Positions 29,556-39,590 of a stretch of 64,000 bases of DNA are shown piece after piece. The notes beneath the pieces were generated by a model that had not been told where the DNA came from, searched no databases, and saw only the letters and a program-made list of their open reading frames with translations. Source of the DNA: Smithellaceae bacterium (GTDB taxonomy: Bacteria; Desulfobacterota; Syntrophia; Syntrophales; Smithellaceae); assembly GCA_963667845.2 (NCBI GenBank), contig CAXXVL010000002.1:1440001-1504000 (forward strand). Direction: 5' to 3'. Positions within the stretch are counted from its first letter, which is position 1; every line of letters starts with the position of its first letter. Both the position numbers and the translations under genes were made by a program.

Positions 29556-30794
29556 ATGGAACACAGAGTCGTTATAACCGCCTGTTCGGCCATCTCGCCC
29601 ATCGGGCACGGCAAGGATGACATCGTCGCCAGCCTGACCCACGGAATCTCCGGCGTCAAGACGCTGCGCGAAGATGAGATGATCAGCCGTTTCATTCATT
29701 CCCGCGTTTACGGCACGGTGGACTATCCGATCGCGTATGATTTCAACCGCCAGAACCGCAAAACCATGGGACCGGTCGCCTACTATGCCTGCCAGGTTGC
29801 CAAGGAAGTGCTGGCGGAAGCCGGGCTTCCCGGGGAATTCGTGACGGGCGGCCGTCTGGGCATTGCGTTCGGGTCGATTCACGGCTCGCCCACCGTGCAG
29901 CGCGATATCTACAAGATTTTTTTTGAAGCCAAAGATAAGAGCACTTACCAGAGCATCGGCGCAGTGGATTATCTGAAATCCATGGTGCACACCACGGCCG
30001 TCAATATTTCGAAGATGTTCGGCATTACCGGCCGCATCATTGCGTCGGGAACCGCCTGCACCACGGCCAGCCAGTCGATCGGTTATGGTTACGAAGCGGT
30101 GAAGTACGGCTTGCAGGATGCCATGCTCTGCGGAGGCGCGGATGAGTATGATACGATCACCGTCGCCGTTTTCGATAACCTGCTGGCGTGTTCCACCTCG
30201 TTTAACGACCGGCCCGACCAGACGCCCCGTCCGTTTGACCGGGCGCGCGACGGCCTCGTGGTCGCCGAAGGCGCGGGCGCCGTCATGCTGGAAGATTATG
30301 AATTCGCGAAAAAACGCGGCGCAAACATTCTGGCCGAAGTAATCGGGTTTGCCTGCAACTCCAACGGCGGCGATTTGATCCTGCCCAATCTCGACGGGAT
30401 TACCAAGACGCTTCAACTCAGCCTGGAAAACGCCGGGATCAATGCCTCGGAGGTTGATCTGGTGAGCGCTCACGCCACAGCCACCAAGATGGGCGATATC
30501 ATCGAAGCGCAGGCCACGGGGGCGGTTTTCGGCCGTGAACCTTATGTGGTGGCTCTGAAGAGCTATATGGGGCACACGATGGCGGCCTGCGGCGCCATTG
30601 AGACGGTTTTAATGATTTACATGATGCAGGAAGGATTTATCGCGCCGACGCTCAATCTGGTAGATATTGATGAACGCTGCGCAATGGTGCGTCACGTCCA
30701 GAAGCTCATCGAACAGCCCGTCCGAACCGCGGCCATCCAGAATTTTGCGTTCGGCGGCGTTAATACCAGCCTGCTTATTCGAAAGTTGACCTGA
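29556..30794 (+). CDS. Beta-ketoacyl-ACP synthase (FabF/ApeR-like), Cys-His-His intact
   Basis: TACTT, SAHATAT, KSYMGH, NFAFGG. Confidence 0.92.
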   Translation: MEHRVVITACSAISPIGHGKDDIVASLTHGISGVKTLREDEMISRFIHSRVYGTVDYPIAYDFNRQNRKTMGPVAYYACQVAKEVLAEAGLPGEFVTGGRLGIAFGSIHGSPTVQRDIYKIFFEAKDKSTYQSIGAVDYLKSMVHTTAVNISKMFGITGRIIASGTACTTASQSIGYGYEAVKYGLQDAMLCGGADEYDTITVAVFDNLLACSTSFNDRPDQTPRPFDRARDGLVVAEGAGAVMLEDYEFAKKRGANILAEVIGFACNSNGGDLILPNLDGITKTLQLSLENAGINASEVDLVSAHATATKMGDIIEAQATGAVFGREPYVVALKSYMGHTMAACGAIETVLMIYMMQEGFIAPTLNLVDIDERCAMVRHVQKLIEQPVRTAAIQNFAFGGVNTSLLIRKLT

Positions 30795-30801
30795 AATCAA
30801 C

Positions 30802-31587
30802 ATGGCCATTCTTCGACCCCTTCAGCGCTGCAGCGAATTTTGTCTCACGGTGCTCCTGTGGGTTTATTTTCTTTTCGGCTATTTCATCATTCTGCTGTTA
30901 TTTTTCATCCCTGTTTATGTTCGACTGAAGCGCTGTGACGCCGCTTTGCAGAAAATGAACCATCTGCATTTGAAATGCTTTTTCATCTGGCTGGGATTTC
31001 TGGCACCCCGCACAAAATTTGAGATTGATGAAGAGGTGCGTGCACTTCGTTCCTCCATCATCGTCTGTAATCATATTTCGTATCTGGACCCGATCCTGCT
31101 GGTGTCGCTTTTCCCGCGCCACACGACGATTGTCAAACATACGTTTTTCCCCGTGCCGATTTTCGGCTGGTTCCTAAAAAAGGCGGGATACGTGCCGTCA
31201 TCGTCCTCGGAAATATTCAGCCCGGCGATGACGGCGAACCTGGAAGGGATCAAGCGCCACCTCGCCCACGGCGGCAACCTGTTCGTCTTTCCCGAAGGGA
31301 CGCGCGGTCGCGGCGGCAGGCTTCTGCCGTTCAATAAAGGCGTATTCAGCATCGCCCGTTACTGCAACACGGGCCTGCGGCTGGTTTCTATCCGGGGGAC
31401 CGACAGCCTGTTTTCTCCCGGCTCATTTTCTTTCCATATGCTTGCCAGGAATGTCATTTCAATGAAATTGATTGCCACGCTCACGCCGGATTATCAGGCC
31501 GGCGATTTCTCAGTCAACGTCCTGGGGGATCAGGCGAAAGAAATTTTCAAGCAAACAAACGCCGCCGACGCGTCCGGCCGATCATAA
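30802..31587 (+). CDS. PlsC-type (lyso)phospholipid acyltransferase
   Basis: NHISYLD, FPEGTR. Confidence 0.9.
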   Translation: MAILRPLQRCSEFCLTVLLWVYFLFGYFIILLLFFIPVYVRLKRCDAALQKMNHLHLKCFFIWLGFLAPRTKFEIDEEVRALRSSIIVCNHISYLDPILLVSLFPRHTTIVKHTFFPVPIFGWFLKKAGYVPSSSSEIFSPAMTANLEGIKRHLAHGGNLFVFPEGTRGRGGRLLPFNKGVFSIARYCNTGLRLVSIRGTDSLFSPGSFSFHMLARNVISMKLIATLTPDYQAGDFSVNVLGDQAKEIFKQTNAADASGRS

Positions 31588-31670
31588 GGGTCAAGGATAA
31601 AGGTTCAAGGATAAAATGTGCGGGCGCTCCGCGCCCCTCCTTGTACCTTGTACCTTGAACCTTGCACCTC
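31585..31670. repeat. Inverted heptamer blocks around a GC hairpin between convergent genes
   Basis: TAAGGGT CAAGGAT AAAGGTT CAAGGAT .. GGGCGC TCC GCGCCC .. CCTTGTA CCTTGTA CCTTGAA CCTTGCA. Confidence 0.8.
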
Positions 31671-34600
31671 AATCAGCCAGCACTTCTCTTATTTTCCGGG
31701 CGAGATCATAAAGACGGTAAGGCTTTTGCAGGAAAGCCCGGACACCTTTGTTCATAATATCCTGAGCCTTGCCGTTCAGGCTGTATCCGCTCGACAGGAT
31801 TGCCCGGATGGATGGATTGATGGCTTTGAGCTGGTCAAAAGTATCGCTGCCGCTGATTCCTGGCATGATCATATCGATGATGACCAGATCAATGTCGGCG
31901 TGCTTTCGGGTATAGATTTTAATAGCCTCTTCGCCGTTACTGGCTGTCGTGATCGTGTAGCCCAGTTCCCTGAGCAGCCGGCCCGTGACGTCCGTAATCA
32001 CCTCTTCATCGTCTACGAGCAGAATGGTTTCGTGTCCGGGGGCGGGTTCTGTTTCCACAGACTCTTCGCTGGCAATTGTTTTTGAAGATGCCGGCAGATA
32101 AATATTAAATGTCGTTCCCTGCCCTTTTTCGCTGTAAACCGTTATCATTCCCGCGTGGCCTTTAACGATGCCATAGGCGGAAGCCAGTCCCAGACCGGTG
32201 CCCCGTCCCATTTCCTTGGTGGTGAAGAAGGGATCAAATATCCGCTGCCTCGTTTTCTCGTCCATGCCGATGCCGGTGTCGGTGATCGATATCTTCACAT
32301 AGCGGCCGCGCTGCAAATCGTAAAACTTCACCAGCGGCTCTTCCATAAAGATGTTGTTTGTTTCGATATAAAGGGAACCGCCTCCGGGCATGGCCTGCCA
32401 GGCGTTAACGAACAGGTTCAAGAGCACCTGTTCGATCTGCCCCCGGTCAATTTCCACCGACCATAATTTTTCCTCATATTTTTCAAAGATCCGGATTTCC
32501 TTCCGGGTCCTGCCGAAAAGATTGATGGATCTACTGAGCAGATCGTTGAGATCGGTGGCCAGGACTTCATAACGCCCCGCACGCGCAAACCCCAGCAACT
32601 GCCGGGTGAGGCCGGCGCCGCTCTGCACCAGCGTCTGCACCGCCTTGAGCTGCTCGAAATAGCGATGGGTCGGATCAATCTCCAGCATCATGAGCGACGT
32701 ATAGCCCTGAATCCCCATCAGCAGATTGTTGAAGTCGTGCGCAATGCCGCCCGCCAGAGTGCCGACGGCTTCCATCTTTTGCGCCTGATGGAGCTGCTCC
32801 ATCAGCTTTCTATGTTCCGTTTCCATTTTAAAACGGTCCGAAACGTCCCGGGTGACGCCTCGGAAGCCGACAGGCAGCCCGCTAGCGTCGCGTATCAGGG
32901 ACACGGACATTTCCAGATGCCCGATGGTTCCGTCTTTGAGGACGATTTCACATTCCGGAATCCGGTGAGACTTGTCCTCCCGGTAAATGGTGTTGAAAAC
33001 CGCTCTGATTCTCCGGGCCATCTCGGGTGGCACATAGCGGTCAAATCCCGTGCCGATAAGTTCATCCCTTCGGAACTGTGTCCAGGAGACGGGTCTATTT
33101 AAGAAGGTGAAGAAGCCCTCGAGGTTTGTTTCGAAGTAATCATCATCAATGCTTTCGAAGATGGTGCGATAGCGCTCTTCGCTTTGCCGTAAGGCTTCTT
33201 CGGCCCGCCGCTGCTCCGTGATGTCCGTAACGAACGAGATGGTGGCGGGTTTTCCTTTGTAGATAATTTTGGCCGCTCTGACGTTCAGCATGACGTAGGA
33301 TGTGTCCGGCTTCATGATTCTGACGTCATAGCTCTCCGGTGCCTCGTTGCCCTGAATCCGGGCAACGAAATATCTTCTCAGCATTTCGGCGCCGTCGGGA
33401 TCCATGTAAATCCCGAGCGGCTGGTTGACGACTTCCGCCCCTTCCCGGCCGAGAGTTTTCAATAATCTCTGATTGGCGTAGACATATTTCCCGTCCTGAA
33501 CGATCGAGATGCCGTCGCTGGTTTTTTCGATGGCGGTCCGGTAGAGTTCCTCGCTCTCGCGGAGAGCTTCTTCGGTGCGTTTCTGTTCGGTAACATCGCT
33601 GACAAAGCTGATGATGGCCGCTTTTCCCTGGTAAACCGTTTCAGTGGCCGTTACGCCAAGCATCACAATGGTGCCGTCGGGTTTAAGCGCGCGAAGTTCA
33701 TAATACACTCTGTCTTTTCCACTCGCCCTGATGGCCTGGTACTTGTTTCTGCCTATGGCGGCATCTTCGGGATGCAGATAGATATCGACCGGCTGGCCGG
33801 CGATGTTTTCGGCGGGTCTGCCGATGGTATTCATCAGCCGCTGGTTGGCGTATAAATACGTGCCCGCCTGGACGTCGATGATGCTGATGCCGTCGCTGGT
33901 GGTTTCGAGCGCCGTCCGGTAAAGGGCTTCACTTTCGCGCAGCCGCTCCTCCTGTTGGCGCCGCAGCGTCATATCCAGGACCATGGAACGACTCATGACA
34001 AAATTGCCCTGCGGATCGGTCACGGCCGATGCCGTAACGAGAACGGGAAAAGTTGTTCCGTCTTTGCGTCTCAATTCGTATTCCGCGTTGCGGACCAGGC
34101 CCTGTTGCTTTAACGTGTCAAAAGCCTCATTGAAGCTGCCACGGCTGGCCTCCGACGAAACGAGAGTATAGGATTTGCCGACCAGTTCCTCCCGGGCATA
34201 GCCCAGCCAGGAGAGCTCCGTGTCGTTGATGCGGACGATATTGCCTGCCGCGTCCAGAGAGTGATAACCGCAGGGGGCATTATGGTAGAGGTCGCGGATT
34301 TCCTGGGCCGATTTGATCAGATCTTCTTCAATCTTTTGCCGCTTTTGCGCCTCAATGCTCGCGCCGCGCATTCGCGCCACGATATAAACGGTGCTTGCAA
34401 AAAAGATAATTAAGGCCACAGCGAGAATGATAATCTGATACCGTGTGGTGTGGGCAGCAGGAAGCGTGAGCCCTTCCGATGAAAGCACCGCCACCGACCA
34501 GAAGCCGTTGCCGGCGCGCACCGGCGCATAGACGGCATACATTTTCCGCGTCTTTCTGACGCCGTTTTCCATGTAGCGGTCGGTAACGACGGATTCTCCC

Positions 34601-35307
34601 TCCGTGCCTGCCGTCATTTTCCGGATCATCGCGGCGGATTGGGTCTTATCTTTCTGAAAATCCGACAGATAATGTCCCTGATGCTCGGGGGTGTTGCAAT
34701 GGATGATTTTGCCCAGCGGATTGACGAGCAGAGCATAGCGCTTACCCGGAATATATAAGTCATCCAGGTAACCTTTGGCCAGTTCATCAAAGGAAATCAA
34801 GAGCGCTATTGTGCCGTCGAAGGTTTTGGCGCGATAAACCGGAACATGGATCGCCACACTTTCAAAGCCCTGAACGGTTTTGAAGATATCGCTGACGACC
34901 ACCTTTTGTGAACGGAGTATTTCGCGAACATGCGCCTGCCCGGAAATATTCGTGCCGACCGCGCCGGCAACAACGGGGTACGTATAAATAATTTCTCCGC
35001 CGGCGCTGACGCGGGTCATTCCTTTAATGTACTGGCCGGCAATGTTCTTTCCCGTTTGGAAAAGTTCTTTGCCTTCCTTGTTCATGTCAATGATATGAGG
35101 GTTGTCGGCAAGAACCTGCAGCGTCGTGATGTGGTCGGCAAGAAAGGATTCGATGCCTTTTGCCGCCAGCCGGGCATAAATCATCTGGCGTTCGTTCATT
35201 TCCCGGATGGCGCTTTCTTCGACCTGGTTGAAAATGGAAACAATGAGGGTGATGCAGACGAGAGTGCCCAGGATCAGGTAGATAATTTGCTTTCTGTAGG
35301 ACACCAT
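31669..35307 (-). CDS. Hybrid sensor histidine kinase (TM-Cache-TM, four PAS, HisKA, HATPase, receiver)
   Basis: GIAHDFNNLL, NLFVNAWQAM, DPFFTTK, GTGLGL, receiver LVDDEE/DMIMP/KPY. Confidence 0.95.
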   Translation of the reverse strand: MVSYRKQIIYLILGTLVCITLIVSIFNQVEESAIREMNERQMIYARLAAKGIESFLADHITTLQVLADNPHIIDMNKEGKELFQTGKNIAGQYIKGMTRVSAGGEIIYTYPVVAGAVGTNISGQAHVREILRSQKVVVSDIFKTVQGFESVAIHVPVYRAKTFDGTIALLISFDELAKGYLDDLYIPGKRYALLVNPLGKIIHCNTPEHQGHYLSDFQKDKTQSAAMIRKMTAGTEGESVVTDRYMENGVRKTRKMYAVYAPVRAGNGFWSVAVLSSEGLTLPAAHTTRYQIIILAVALIIFFASTVYIVARMRGASIEAQKRQKIEEDLIKSAQEIRDLYHNAPCGYHSLDAAGNIVRINDTELSWLGYAREELVGKSYTLVSSEASRGSFNEAFDTLKQQGLVRNAEYELRRKDGTTFPVLVTASAVTDPQGNFVMSRSMVLDMTLRRQQEERLRESEALYRTALETTSDGISIIDVQAGTYLYANQRLMNTIGRPAENIAGQPVDIYLHPEDAAIGRNKYQAIRASGKDRVYYELRALKPDGTIVMLGVTATETVYQGKAAIISFVSDVTEQKRTEEALRESEELYRTAIEKTSDGISIVQDGKYVYANQRLLKTLGREGAEVVNQPLGIYMDPDGAEMLRRYFVARIQGNEAPESYDVRIMKPDTSYVMLNVRAAKIIYKGKPATISFVTDITEQRRAEEALRQSEERYRTIFESIDDDYFETNLEGFFTFLNRPVSWTQFRRDELIGTGFDRYVPPEMARRIRAVFNTIYREDKSHRIPECEIVLKDGTIGHLEMSVSLIRDASGLPVGFRGVTRDVSDRFKMETEHRKLMEQLHQAQKMEAVGTLAGGIAHDFNNLLMGIQGYTSLMMLEIDPTHRYFEQLKAVQTLVQSGAGLTRQLLGFARAGRYEVLATDLNDLLSRSINLFGRTRKEIRIFEKYEEKLWSVEIDRGQIEQVLLNLFVNAWQAMPGGGSLYIETNNIFMEEPLVKFYDLQRGRYVKISITDTGIGMDEKTRQRIFDPFFTTKEMGRGTGLGLASAYGIVKGHAGMITVYSEKGQGTTFNIYLPASSKTIASEESVETEPAPGHETILLVDDEEVITDVTGRLLRELGYTITTASNGEEAIKIYTRKHADIDLVIIDMIMPGISGSDTFDQLKAINPSIRAILSSGYSLNGKAQDIMNKGVRAFLQKPYRLYDLARKIREVLAD

Positions 35308-35367
35308 GGCAACCTCACTGCCGGTTTCATCTGCAACAGTTAGCGGTTCTGTACGAAATTTCGCTAA

Positions 35368-35514
35368 AGTATAAGAAGGTCATCCAGTCAAGTCAACTAT
35401 TTATTACGCTCCATCCCGGATGTCCTTTTTATTCCCGACAAACGTTGCTGGATTATAATCGGCGGGCAAATTCATTAATATTTATTTGACTTTTTGCATT
35501 CCCCATTTTAAGTT
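35368..35514. promoter_or_regulatory. Divergent sigma70-like promoters
   Basis: Minus strand TTGACT-17-TATACT (35396-35368); plus strand TTGACT-17-TAAGTT (35486-35514). Confidence 0.55.
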
Positions 35515-35561
35515 TCGGTCCGTTACGGGGAAGACTTAAAGGAAACAATTGAAAATTGAGC

Positions 35562-36812
35562 ATGAATAAAACAAAACGGATTGTTATCACTGGGTTAGGA
35601 ACTAAAAACGCGATTGGAAACGACGTCGTTCAATTTGCGGCTGCGCTGAGACAGGGCATCTGCGGGATTTCCGATATCGATCTGTTCGATACGGCCCAAT
35701 TCCGCACCCACAAGGGCGGCCAGATTAAGCATTTCGATCCCCGCCGGTATATTCCGGAAGTATTTAATTTGAAAAGGATGTCGCGGGCCGACCAGCTTTC
35801 ATTTGCTGCGACGATCGAAGCGCTCACCGATGCCGGTCTTTACCCGCTGCCGGAATCCATGAAAGAAGACACGGGTGTGGCCATCGGCGGCGGGTCCGGC
35901 GGACTCTTCGAGGCGGAAAGTTTCTATGCGGAACTTCTCAAAAAAGGCGCGAAGCGGGCGAGATTTTCGCATCTCTCCACTATCTATTGCGCCTCGTCCG
36001 CAGACCGGATCGCGTCCAATCTGGGACTTCTGGGCCCCAAGGCCACCTTTATGACGGCATGCTCCGCGGGGGCGACGGCGCTGGGGTATGCCAGGGACCT
36101 GATTATAAACGGCCAGGCCGACATTATGCTTGCCGGCGGTGTGGAGCCGATGTGCCGGCTCACCTATGCCGCCTTTAACGCCCTGAAATCCGTGGATGAA
36201 GATGTTTGCCATCCTTTTGCCCGGAATCGTGCCGGGCTTTCACTGGGAGAGGCGGCGGCCATTCTGGTTCTGGAACCGCTGGAGGCGGCTCTCGCCCGCG
36301 GGGCAAAAATTTACGGAGAATTTCTGGGGTACGGCGTGACCTGTGATTCCTTCCATATGACGGCGCCGGATGAAAAGGCTTCGGGGGCCATTCGTTCGAT
36401 GCAGGCGGCTTTGAAAGACAGCGGGCTTTCGATTTCCGACGTCGATTACATCAATGCCCATGGAACCGCGACGCCCGTCAATGATATTACGGAAACAAGA
36501 GCCATCAAAGAAGTATTCGGTAAGCGGGCTTATGAAATTCCCGTGAGCTCGACGAAATCCATGCATGCCCATACCCTGGGCGCTGCCGGGGCTTTGGAGG
36601 GAATCGTCAGTCTGCTGGCGCTGATCGGGGGATTTATCCCGCCGACCATTCATTCGCTTGCGCGTGATCCCGAATGCGATCTGGATTATGTCACTGAAGG
36701 CTTGCGCACCGCCGATCTGCATGTGGTCCTGTCCAATTCGTTTGCGTTCGGCGGCAACAATACGACCGTCATTTTCGGCAAATATGAAGGGCAGGGAGCG
36801 ATCCATGGATAA
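35562..36812 (+). CDS. Beta-ketoacyl-ACP synthase (FabF-like), Cys-His-His intact
   Basis: TACSAG, NAHGTAT, KSMHAH, NSFAFGG. Confidence 0.92.
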   Translation: MNKTKRIVITGLGTKNAIGNDVVQFAAALRQGICGISDIDLFDTAQFRTHKGGQIKHFDPRRYIPEVFNLKRMSRADQLSFAATIEALTDAGLYPLPESMKEDTGVAIGGGSGGLFEAESFYAELLKKGAKRARFSHLSTIYCASSADRIASNLGLLGPKATFMTACSAGATALGYARDLIINGQADIMLAGGVEPMCRLTYAAFNALKSVDEDVCHPFARNRAGLSLGEAAAILVLEPLEAALARGAKIYGEFLGYGVTCDSFHMTAPDEKASGAIRSMQAALKDSGLSISDVDYINAHGTATPVNDITETRAIKEVFGKRAYEIPVSSTKSMHAHTLGAAGALEGIVSLLALIGGFIPPTIHSLARDPECDLDYVTEGLRTADLHVVLSNSFAFGGNNTTVIFGKYEGQGAIHG

Positions 36813-38070
36813 ATTTTGCGCATTGCCGGATCAGGAGCGCGTCGTGGTGACGGGCCTGGGGCTTGTCACGCCGCTGGGCGTAGGAAAAGAGGAATTTTCC
36901 CGAAGGTTGTTTGACGGCGATTGTGCAATTGACCCTGTGCAGGCGTTCGATACCCGAGCCTTCTCATCGCATCTGGGCGCGGAAGTGCGCGATTTCGCGC
37001 CCCGCGATTTCATCTCGGTAAAGAACCTGCGGCGGATGGACAGAACGTCGCTGATGACGGCGGCGTCGGCGCGCATGGCGCTCGATGATGCGGGTATTGC
37101 CGTGACGCAGGATAACCGGGACCGCGTCGGAATTCTTCTCGGAACGGCCTTCGGGGCAACGGATATCACGCTCTTGTTTGCCGGAACGCTGATCGGCGAG
37201 GGCCCTGGGGCGGTCAATCCGATTCTGGTGCCCAACACCGTGATGAATGCGCCTGCGGGGCATGCGTCCATTGAACTCGGATTCCGCGGCGTCAATACCA
37301 CGGTCACCCATTTCGCAGTCTCCGCGGAAACCGCCATCGCCTATGCAGTCTCGGAAATCCGCCGCGGTGTGGCTGATGTGATGCTGGCCGGAGGCGTCGA
37401 TATTTTATCCAAATTCTATTACGAGTCCCTGACCCGGTTTCACGGCCTGTCGCCGGACGACGGCGGCCCCGAAGGCGCCCGTCCTTTTGACGAGAATCGT
37501 AACGGCTACATTGCAGGGGAGGGCTGCGGTATCGTGTGCCTGGAGTCTCTGGCCGGCGCGCGCGCGCGGGGTGCAAGAATTTATTGTGAAATAACCGGCG
37601 CGGGTCTCGGATCGTCTCCGTCGTCACCCACCGCCTGGCCGCGGGAGACCCAAGGCATTAAACGAACTTTGCGGCGGGCTCTGCGAAATGCGGATGTCCG
37701 GCCCGAGGATATCACGGCCATCATGGCCGCGGCAAACGGCGGTCGGCTGCTGGATCAGACGGAAGCCGGGGCTTACGATGAATTTTTTGCCTCCTGCGGA
37801 CCGAAGCCGCAAATTACCTCCATCAAAGGCGCGATCGGCGAGAGTTTTTCTGGCGGCGGGATTCGGGCTTGCGCTCTGGCCTTATCTATGGAAAAAGGAT
37901 GGCTGCCTCCGGCGGTCGGGCTCACAAAACCGCTTGGCCCGATGAATATAGTTATGGGCGAGAAGAAAGTAATGAACGGGGATCACACGGTTCTGGCCGG
38001 CATTTCGTTCGGCGGAACTTATGCGTATCTGATTTTCAGCGGTGTAAAGGTTAAAGGGGAACAATCTTGA
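36805..38070 (+). CDS. Catalytically inactive KS / chain-length-factor-like partner
   Basis: Full KS fold, but the Cys site reads THFAVSA and the His sites read AAANG and KGAIGES; overlaps the upstream KS stop. Confidence 0.85.
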   Translation: MDKFCALPDQERVVVTGLGLVTPLGVGKEEFSRRLFDGDCAIDPVQAFDTRAFSSHLGAEVRDFAPRDFISVKNLRRMDRTSLMTAASARMALDDAGIAVTQDNRDRVGILLGTAFGATDITLLFAGTLIGEGPGAVNPILVPNTVMNAPAGHASIELGFRGVNTTVTHFAVSAETAIAYAVSEIRRGVADVMLAGGVDILSKFYYESLTRFHGLSPDDGGPEGARPFDENRNGYIAGEGCGIVCLESLAGARARGARIYCEITGAGLGSSPSSPTAWPRETQGIKRTLRRALRNADVRPEDITAIMAAANGGRLLDQTEAGAYDEFFASCGPKPQITSIKGAIGESFSGGGIRACALALSMEKGWLPPAVGLTKPLGPMNIVMGEKKVMNGDHTVLAGISFGGTYAYLIFSGVKVKGEQS

Positions 38071-39590
38071 ATATCGGGGAATGGATCACGAAGCGGGCGA
38101 TCATCGCGCCCGATAAACCGTTTTTGACGGAAAAAAACAAAACTTACACAAACCGGCAATTTAACCGGCGGGTGAACAGGACAGCTCATGCGCTGGCTCA
38201 CCTCGGGCTTGTCAAAGGCATGCGTCTTGCCGTTTTGATGTCGAATTCCAGCGAGTTTCTGGAAATATTCTTCGCCTGTGCCAAGACGGGCATCATCCTG
38301 GTGCCGCTCAACTTCCGCCTGGCCGTACCCGAGCTTTTATATATTATTCGCGACAGTGCTCCGGAACTTCTCATCTATTCGTCCGAATTTGCAGTAAAGA
38401 TCAGCGAAATCAAGGCGGCGAATGCCGATGTTCAGCGTTTTTACCGGCTCGGGGAAATCGAAGGCGATGGGGATCCGGATTTTTCGGCTTACGCCGATCG
38501 TTTTGAGACCCTTGAGCCGATTGAGATTCTGGGCGTCGATTTACCCGATCCCCTGTTTATTATGTATACGTCGGGCACGACCGGTGATCCGAAAGGTGCG
38601 GTTCTGACCCATCAGAATATTCTGTTCGGCGCGATTCATTCCCTTCTGGGCTACGGCGTGGACCGTTCATACAAGTCGCTGGTTGTCGCTCCCCTGTTCC
38701 ATATCGGTGCGCTTGCGGCATCCGTGACGCCGATCGTTTACGCGGGCGGCAGCCTGATGATCAGCAGCTTTTACAATGCATCCGAAACGCTCAAGACGAT
38801 CTGCCGGGAGAAAATCAATTATATGTTTGCCGTACCCGTGATGTATCAAATGATTGCGGATGCACCGGAGTGGCGCGATGCCGATTTGTCGCACGTTCAC
38901 TTTTTCATTTCCGGCGGTGCACCGATTCCCCTGCCGGTGATCAGGAAATACCAGGAAGAAAAGGGCGTGGGTTTTGTGCAGGGCTATGCGCTCACGGAGA
39001 CGGGAAGGCTCACCTCGCTCGATCTGGAGGATTCAATCCGCAAAGCGGGCTCGGTCGGCAAGGAAGTGTTCCACGTAAACCTGCGCATCGTTGATGATCA
39101 CGGCCGCGATATCCACACGACGGATCCGGGAGAAATTCTTGTTCAGGGACCCAACGTATTTGCCGGCTATTGGAATAAAGAAGCGGCGACCCGGGCCGTC
39201 TTCAAGGACGGCTGGTTTTGCACAGGCGACATGGGACGCCGCGACGAAGACGGCTTTGTTCATATTGTGGGACGAAAAGTGGAAATGATCATTTCCTCCG
39301 GAGAAAATATTTATCCGGCGGAAGTGGAACGGGCGCTCCAGTCCGTGCCCGGAGTCAAGGAAGCGGCCGTTGTCGGAATGCCCGACCCCAAACGGGGCGA
39401 GGTCGTCGGCGCCTTTGTAATCCTGAAAGAGGGCAGCATCGTTTCGGAGGCCGATATCCTGAATACGCTTGCGGGCAAAATCGCCCACTACAAGATTCCG
39501 AAGAGCATTTTCTTTGTCGAGGAATTTCCGCGCAATCAAAGCGGCAAGGTTTTGAAGCGCATTTTAAAAAAACGGATGGAAGATCAATAA
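38067..39590 (+). CDS. Acyl/aryl-CoA ligase
   Basis: YTSGTTGDPKG, PLFHIG, GYALTE, TGD, GENIYPAEVE. Confidence 0.92.
   Translation: MNIGEWITKRAIIAPDKPFLTEKNKTYTNRQFNRRVNRTAHALAHLGLVKGMRLAVLMSNSSEFLEIFFACAKTGIILVPLNFRLAVPELLYIIRDSAPELLIYSSEFAVKISEIKAANADVQRFYRLGEIEGDGDPDFSAYADRFETLEPIEILGVDLPDPLFIMYTSGTTGDPKGAVLTHQNILFGAIHSLLGYGVDRSYKSLVVAPLFHIGALAASVTPIVYAGGSLMISSFYNASETLKTICREKINYMFAVPVMYQMIADAPEWRDADLSHVHFFISGGAPIPLPVIRKYQEEKGVGFVQGYALTETGRLTSLDLEDSIRKAGSVGKEVFHVNLRIVDDHGRDIHTTDPGEILVQGPNVFAGYWNKEAATRAVFKDGWFCTGDMGRRDEDGFVHIVGRKVEMIISSGENIYPAEVERALQSVPGVKEAAVVGMPDPKRGEVVGAFVILKEGSIVSEADILNTLAGKIAHYKIPKSIFFVEEFPRNQSGKVLKRILKKRMEDQ

Noticed and set aside
29277..30575. Long antisense ORFs (also 11437-12519, 40619-41761, 49751-50944, 51414-52550 and others)
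   Set aside because: They are shadows of well-supported genes in GC-rich DNA and contain no recognisable motifs.
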